A DNA stretch of 64,000 bases from Acidobacteriota bacterium. GTDB taxonomy: Bacteria; Acidobacteriota; Polarisedimenticolia; SMYD01. The notes beneath the pieces were generated by a model that ran no database searches, was not told the origin of the DNA, and worked only from the letters and a program-made list of their open reading frames with translations. Within the stretch, counting starts at the first letter, position 1. Each line of letters starts with the position of its first letter. The translations under genes were made by a program, and so were the position numbers. The stretch lies in contig JBHHYE010000008.1 in the NCBI GenBank assembly GCA_046757405.1, positions 1,944 through 65,943 on the forward strand. Reading direction: 5' to 3'. Positions 60,348 through 64,000 of the stretch are shown piece by piece.

Positions 60348-62098
60348 GAAGGTGGGCCACGATTCTGGTTCTTGCCGCGTTAGGATGCGCCGCTCTCTCT
60401 GCGGGAAGCGGCGCCATACGCTCGTTTGACTTCGGCTGGCACCTGCGCGCCGGAGAGTCGATTCTCGAGCATCATGGGCGGCCTCCTCGGGCCGACCCCA
60501 TTGCTTATACCAGCGGATCCGCCGAGTGGATCGACCACGAGTGGCTTTTCCAGCTGATCCTGGCTCTCCTGGTCCAGGCGGGAGGTCTGAAGGGGGCGTG
60601 GCTGCTGAAACAGACTCTCATCCTGGTCGGGGTGCTGGTTCCGGCCGCCTGGCTGTTGCGGATGAATCACTCTCCCTTGGCGGTGGCCTCCTTGGGGGTT
60701 CTGGCTCTGGCGGGCGGCCGGTTCCGTTTTTCTGCGCGGCCGGAGATGGTCGCCGTCGCCTTCTTGCCCGCTCTCCTGATCGTCCTGGTGGTCGCCCACC
60801 GACGCGCACGGCGGGGAGCGCGGATGGTCCCACTCCTGGCGCTGGTCCCGATCCTGGTGCTGGGCTGGGTGAACCTGCATCTTTCCGCCTTGCTGGCAGC
60901 TCTCCTGGTTGTCGTCTTCGCCCTGGCCGTGCTCATCGAGCAACGGGGAACCGATCGGATCAGCCGGCCGTTCCTGGTGACGGCTGTTCTGGCGGGGGCC
61001 GCTCTCCTGGCCAACCCGTACGGGACCCGTCTCCTGGCGGTTCCTTTTTCCATTCATACAGCCCTCACCAGCGGGGGATTGACCAACCCCGAGTGGGGAA
61101 GTGCACTGCACAGCCGTTTCGGGCTTTTCTGGACGGTCTTGCTCGCCGCCGGCACCGGCCTCCTCCTGGCCCGCCGGGCAGGCAGGAGAATGGTCCTGCC
61201 GGTGGCGGCCTGTGCGGCGGTTCTGGCTGTCGCCGGGGGTGCTGCCGCTCGCACCCTGAGTTGCTTCTACATGGCCTTGCCGGTCTGCGCCCTCGCCGTC
61301 ACCACCGGCAAGCAGTCCGGTGCGGCACAGGAAGTGCGGGCGGGATGGCGTGGCCGGGTTTCGGCCGGGGCGGCCGTCGGTCTTCCGCTCCTGGCAGCGG
61401 GTCTCTTCATGCTCTTTCCCGGGGGAGCTCCAGGGGGAGTCGGACTGGCCCCGGGACGCTTTCCCGAGGCGATGGCGTCCACCTACCAGGAGATGGGACT
61501 GCGCGGCCCGATCTACAATCCGGTCCGTTTCGGTGGATATCTTTCCTGGGCCCTGGCGCCCCAGAAGGTGTTCATCGATGGACGCAACGAGGTCCACGGA
61601 GAGCTCCTCTCCCGCCTGGCGGCCTGCCGGATGGCGACCCGACTGGAGTGCTGGGATCGGCTCGTGGAGCGATGGGATACTCAGGCGGCGTTCGTGGAAT
61701 ATGATCCACGCCGCATTCCGGTCCGCCTGCCTGATGGACGCTTCATCTCACGCAGCGTGTCATCGGTCTACTTCAGGCGGGATTCCTGGGCGCTGGTGGA
61801 CTGGGATGACGTCGCCATGCTTCTGGTCCGGCGAGGCGGCCGGAACGCCGAGCGGATCGACGGCCAGGAGGACCGGGTACTGATGCCCGAGGATCCAGAA
61901 TATTTTTACCGGGAGCTCAGAGCGGGGCGGATCGACTGGCGGGAAGCCCAGCGAGAGGTGAGCCGGCGGCTGGCCCGGCATCCAGATTCCCGGAAGGCCC
62001 GCCTGCTCCAGGAGATCGTGCGCCGGCTGGAGGTTGAGGTGAATGAGGGGAAAAATCGTCCACCGGTGGTCCGGGTGACGGGCAGTGGCGGGGACTGA
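60344..62098 (+). CDS. Polytopic membrane protein with acidic first-loop motif (GT-C-like glycosyltransferase candidate) and ~190-aa C-terminal soluble domain
   Basis: TTG 60344 overlaps the upstream stop. TM1 is followed by a periplasmic-loop motif SAEWIDHEWLFQ (GT-C-like DxD/ExD position), then 10 or more TM helices and an Arg/Glu-rich soluble C-terminus. Confidence 0.55.
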   Translation: MRRWATILVLAALGCAALSAGSGAIRSFDFGWHLRAGESILEHHGRPPRADPIAYTSGSAEWIDHEWLFQLILALLVQAGGLKGAWLLKQTLILVGVLVPAAWLLRMNHSPLAVASLGVLALAGGRFRFSARPEMVAVAFLPALLIVLVVAHRRARRGARMVPLLALVPILVLGWVNLHLSALLAALLVVVFALAVLIEQRGTDRISRPFLVTAVLAGAALLANPYGTRLLAVPFSIHTALTSGGLTNPEWGSALHSRFGLFWTVLLAAGTGLLLARRAGRRMVLPVAACAAVLAVAGGAAARTLSCFYMALPVCALAVTTGKQSGAAQEVRAGWRGRVSAGAAVGLPLLAAGLFMLFPGGAPGGVGLAPGRFPEAMASTYQEMGLRGPIYNPVRFGGYLSWALAPQKVFIDGRNEVHGELLSRLAACRMATRLECWDRLVERWDTQAAFVEYDPRRIPVRLPDGRFISRSVSSVYFRRDSWALVDWDDVAMLLVRRGGRNAERIDGQEDRVLMPEDPEYFYRELRAGRIDWREAQREVSRRLARHPDSRKARLLQEIVRRLEVEVNEGKNRPPVVRVTGSGGD

Positions 62099-62259
62099 CA
62101 TCGAGTGTCCACAAAGCTGACAATATCTGGCAGGTCCGGGAGCCCTCGGGAGTCTCGCCTGGGAATGGGCCCAGGCAGACAAGCACTCGTAAAATGTAAG
62201 TTACTGAATACAATGTACTTATAATTCTAACCTGCTCTCCCCGGCCCGCTCGGGTCGGC

Positions 62260-62275
62260 TGGCATTCCCTTTGCG
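62260..62275 (+). promoter_or_regulatory. Sigma54 (-24/-12) promoter candidate for pilA
   Basis: cTGGCATtccctTTGCg matches TGGCAC-N5-TTGCW, ~37 nt upstream of the pilA start, with an AAGGAGG RBS at 62297-62303. An AT-rich stretch at 62190-62235 is a possible UAS/IHF region. Confidence 0.55.
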
Positions 62276-62311
62276 ACAGGGTCAAGCCAAACTCTAAAGG
62301 AGGTGACTGTG

Positions 62312-62785
62312 GTGAACAGAAAGCAAGAAGGATTCACACTGATCGAGCTGCTGATTGTCGTGGCGATTATCGGTATCATCGCCGCCATCGCCATCCCGAA
62401 CCTGCTCAATGCCATCGATCGCGGCAAGCAGAAGCGGAGCATGGCTGATCTTCGGTCCGTCGGAACAGCCGTGGAAGAGTATGCCATTGACAACTCTTTC
62501 TATCCCAACGTGGCTGCCGAGGCCAACATCGCCGGTTCCGCCGTGGAGACCTCGATCGAGCCGGTCTATATCCGCAATGCTCCGACCGAGGATGGGTGGG
62601 GCTTCAACATGCGGTATATCAGCGACACGACCGTCTACACGGTTGGTTCCCTGGCCAAGGATGGTGCGGCGGGCGGCAATCTCACCATCAACAGCACCAA
62701 CGGTCGGACCACCGACTTTGACTGCGACATCATTTTCTCCAACGGCTCCTTTGTCCAGTGGCCGGAAGGAACGCAGGCTGACTGA
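62312..62785 (+). CDS. pilA: Type IV major pilin PilA (T4a, GspG-like fold)
   Basis: A short leader precedes G|FTLIELLIVVAIIGIIAAIAIPN (E+5). GTG starts are possible at 62303, 62309 or 62312, downstream of a strong RBS. C-terminal disulfide-pair Cys (DFDCD). Confidence 0.85.
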   Translation: MNRKQEGFTLIELLIVVAIIGIIAAIAIPNLLNAIDRGKQKRSMADLRSVGTAVEEYAIDNSFYPNVAAEANIAGSAVETSIEPVYIRNAPTEDGWGFNMRYISDTTVYTVGSLAKDGAAGGNLTINSTNGRTTDFDCDIIFSNGSFVQWPEGTQAD

Positions 62786-62806
62786 GCCTGATAGGCCGTG
62801 AGGAAT

Positions 62807-62850
62807 AGCGGCGGTGGCCTCGAGGGAGTCCACCGCCGCTTTCCCTTTCT
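62807..62850 (+). terminator. Intrinsic terminator-like hairpin after pilA
   Basis: 11-bp GC-rich stem AGCGGCGGTGG/CCACCGCCGCT with a 12-nt loop, followed by TTCCCTTTCT. Confidence 0.5.
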
Positions 62851-62879
62851 CGCGCCAGGGATCCAGGAGGGCCGCCAGG

Positions 62880-63335
62880 ATGTTCGAGACCCGGGGGAAC
62901 AATCATCGTGCGGAGGGGTTCACCCTCATCGAGCTTCTGGTCGCGGTCACCATCATCGGGATCGTTGCCACCATCGCGGTGCCGGCGCTGAACACGGCCA
63001 TGGAGAAATCCCGCCAGCGCGCGACCGTCGCCAACATGCGCGCCGTGGGGAACGCGCTCCAGATCTACCAGAACGATCTGACGTCGTTCCCCCCGGGCAC
63101 GCTGGATATCAACCAGCTGGCGGTCGCCCTCCTGGGAGTCACCAAACGGCCGATCCCGGTACACGATTCATGGGGCCGGGATTTCGACTATCGTTCGGAC
63201 GGGCTGGTGGAGTATTCAGTGGAGAGCTTTGGCCGCGACGGGGTGCCTGGAGCCGACATTTCTCCCGCGCAAGCCAATAACTTTGACCTGGATATCGTCC
63301 TGAGCGACGGTATCTTCGTCGCCTCGGTCAACTGA
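62880..63335 (+). CDS. Second type IV pilin (PilA paralogue, GspG-like)
   Basis: MFETRGNNHRAEG|FTLIELLVAVTIIGIVATIAVP (E+5). It is paralogous to pilA (SMADLRSVGTAVEEY vs TVANMRAVGNALQIY). Start at ATG 62880. Confidence 0.8.
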   Translation: MFETRGNNHRAEGFTLIELLVAVTIIGIVATIAVPALNTAMEKSRQRATVANMRAVGNALQIYQNDLTSFPPGTLDINQLAVALLGVTKRPIPVHDSWGRDFDYRSDGLVEYSVESFGRDGVPGADISPAQANNFDLDIVLSDGIFVASVN

Positions 63336-63393
63336 CCGGAGTCCGGGCGGCTCCGCCGGCCGCCGGTCGTGACCGAAACCGGGGAACCGGGCG

Positions 63394-64000
63394 CATGGTC
63401 GCCGACGCCGGAGAGAAACCTTCTCTCCTCTTTTTTCTTCTTTGCGGTTTACTGGGCACGCTCTGGGTCGCTCCGCCGGAGATTTACCCCGGGGCCGCGT
63501 TTCTCGCCGCCTTGCTGCTTCCCGCCCTGGGGGGAACGCTCCTCTGGACCGGCTGGTTGCCGGACCGCGGCCAGAGATGGTTCCTGGCGGCGCTCGTCTT
63601 GCCGCTGGCGATCTCCCACCATTTCGCCCTGGACAACGGTGGATCTCTGCACAGCATGATCCGGTTGGCCGGGGCTCTGATCCTGTTTGCGGCCGCACGG
63701 CGGGTCTCCCCGGCGGAGGCGCGTGGCTTGCTGATGCTCCTGGCGGGAGGGATGGCGGTTCTTTCCCTCCATGGTCTCTGGCAGTACCTGGTGGGCTTCG
63801 ATCGCCTTCTGGCGGACCGGGGCCTGCCGGCCGGCGTGGTGGAACGGCTGCAGACCTACCGGGTCTTCGGCCGCTCGGTTCTGCCATCGGTGTTCGCGTC
63901 CCTGCTTTTCCTGGCTCTTCCGGTCTCTGTGGGCCTTGCTTCCGCCGCCCGTGGTCTGGCCCGGCTCGCCTGGGGAATGGCCGCCCTTCTCTCCGGCGTG
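63394..64000 (+). CDS. O-antigen ligase (Wzy_C) family-like membrane protein, partial (candidate pilin O-oligosaccharyltransferase, PglL/TfpO-like)
   Basis: ATG 63394 opens a frame without stops to the window end (not in the track because it has no stop). Multiple TM helices, and RVFGRSVLPSVFASLLFLALPV resembles the Wzy_C motif R..G...NPN..A..L....P. Confidence 0.5.

Noticed and set aside
62640-62760. Three N-x-S/T sequons (NLT, NST, NGS) in the PilA C-terminal region as N-glycosylation sites
   Set aside because: None has the D/E at -2 required by bacterial PglB-type N-OTases. The neighbouring genes are O-antigen-ligase/YfhO-like, pointing to O-linked rather than N-linked modification. Sequons in a Ser/Thr/Asn-rich loop are expected by chance.

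Overview
High-GC (~68%) bacterial chromosomal segment, densely coding on both strands, with composition and gene content reminiscent of Acidobacteriota-like soil bacteria (inference only). Four blocks. (A) 1-14.8 kb is a cell-surface polysaccharide export/biosynthesis locus: Wzx-like flippase, SGNH/GDSL esterase, NAD-dependent sugar epimerase, a WecA-family initiating transferase fused to a CoA_binding_3-like domain, an outer-membrane beta-barrel, Wza and a Wzc BY-kinase with a Tyr-rich tail, a lipoprotein, a DUF374 acyltransferase and a CapK-like adenylating enzyme. At the window start there is an unlisted low-GC partial ORF on the minus strand (1-1350). (B) 14.9-47.4 kb is housekeeping: an orphan nuoB next to an NDUFAF7/MidA-family methyltransferase, a GT4 glycosyltransferase, citrate synthase, mutS, rho, a 1170-aa TPR+FG-GAP/ASPIC (CRTAC1-like) lipoprotein, a DEAD-box helicase, tRNA-Gln(UUG), prs-ctc-pth, H+-PPase, rpsF-rpsR-rplI, accBC, PlsC, a VWA protein, two tandem NSS transporters separated by a 54-aa TM peptide, and aroK. 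(C) 47.5-64 kb is a type IV pilus cluster: a minor-pilin operon behind a sigma54-type promoter, pilB-pilT-pilC-pilS-pilR, and two tandem pilin genes behind a second sigma54-type promoter. Two large polytopic membrane proteins (one YfhO-like, one with a GT-C-like acidic first-loop motif) lie between pilR and pilA, and an O-antigen-ligase (Wzy_C)-like gene lies immediately downstream of the pilins. Together these read as a candidate, uncharacterised pilin glycosylation module. Many long overlapping ORFs in the six-frame track are high-GC antisense artefacts and are rejected.
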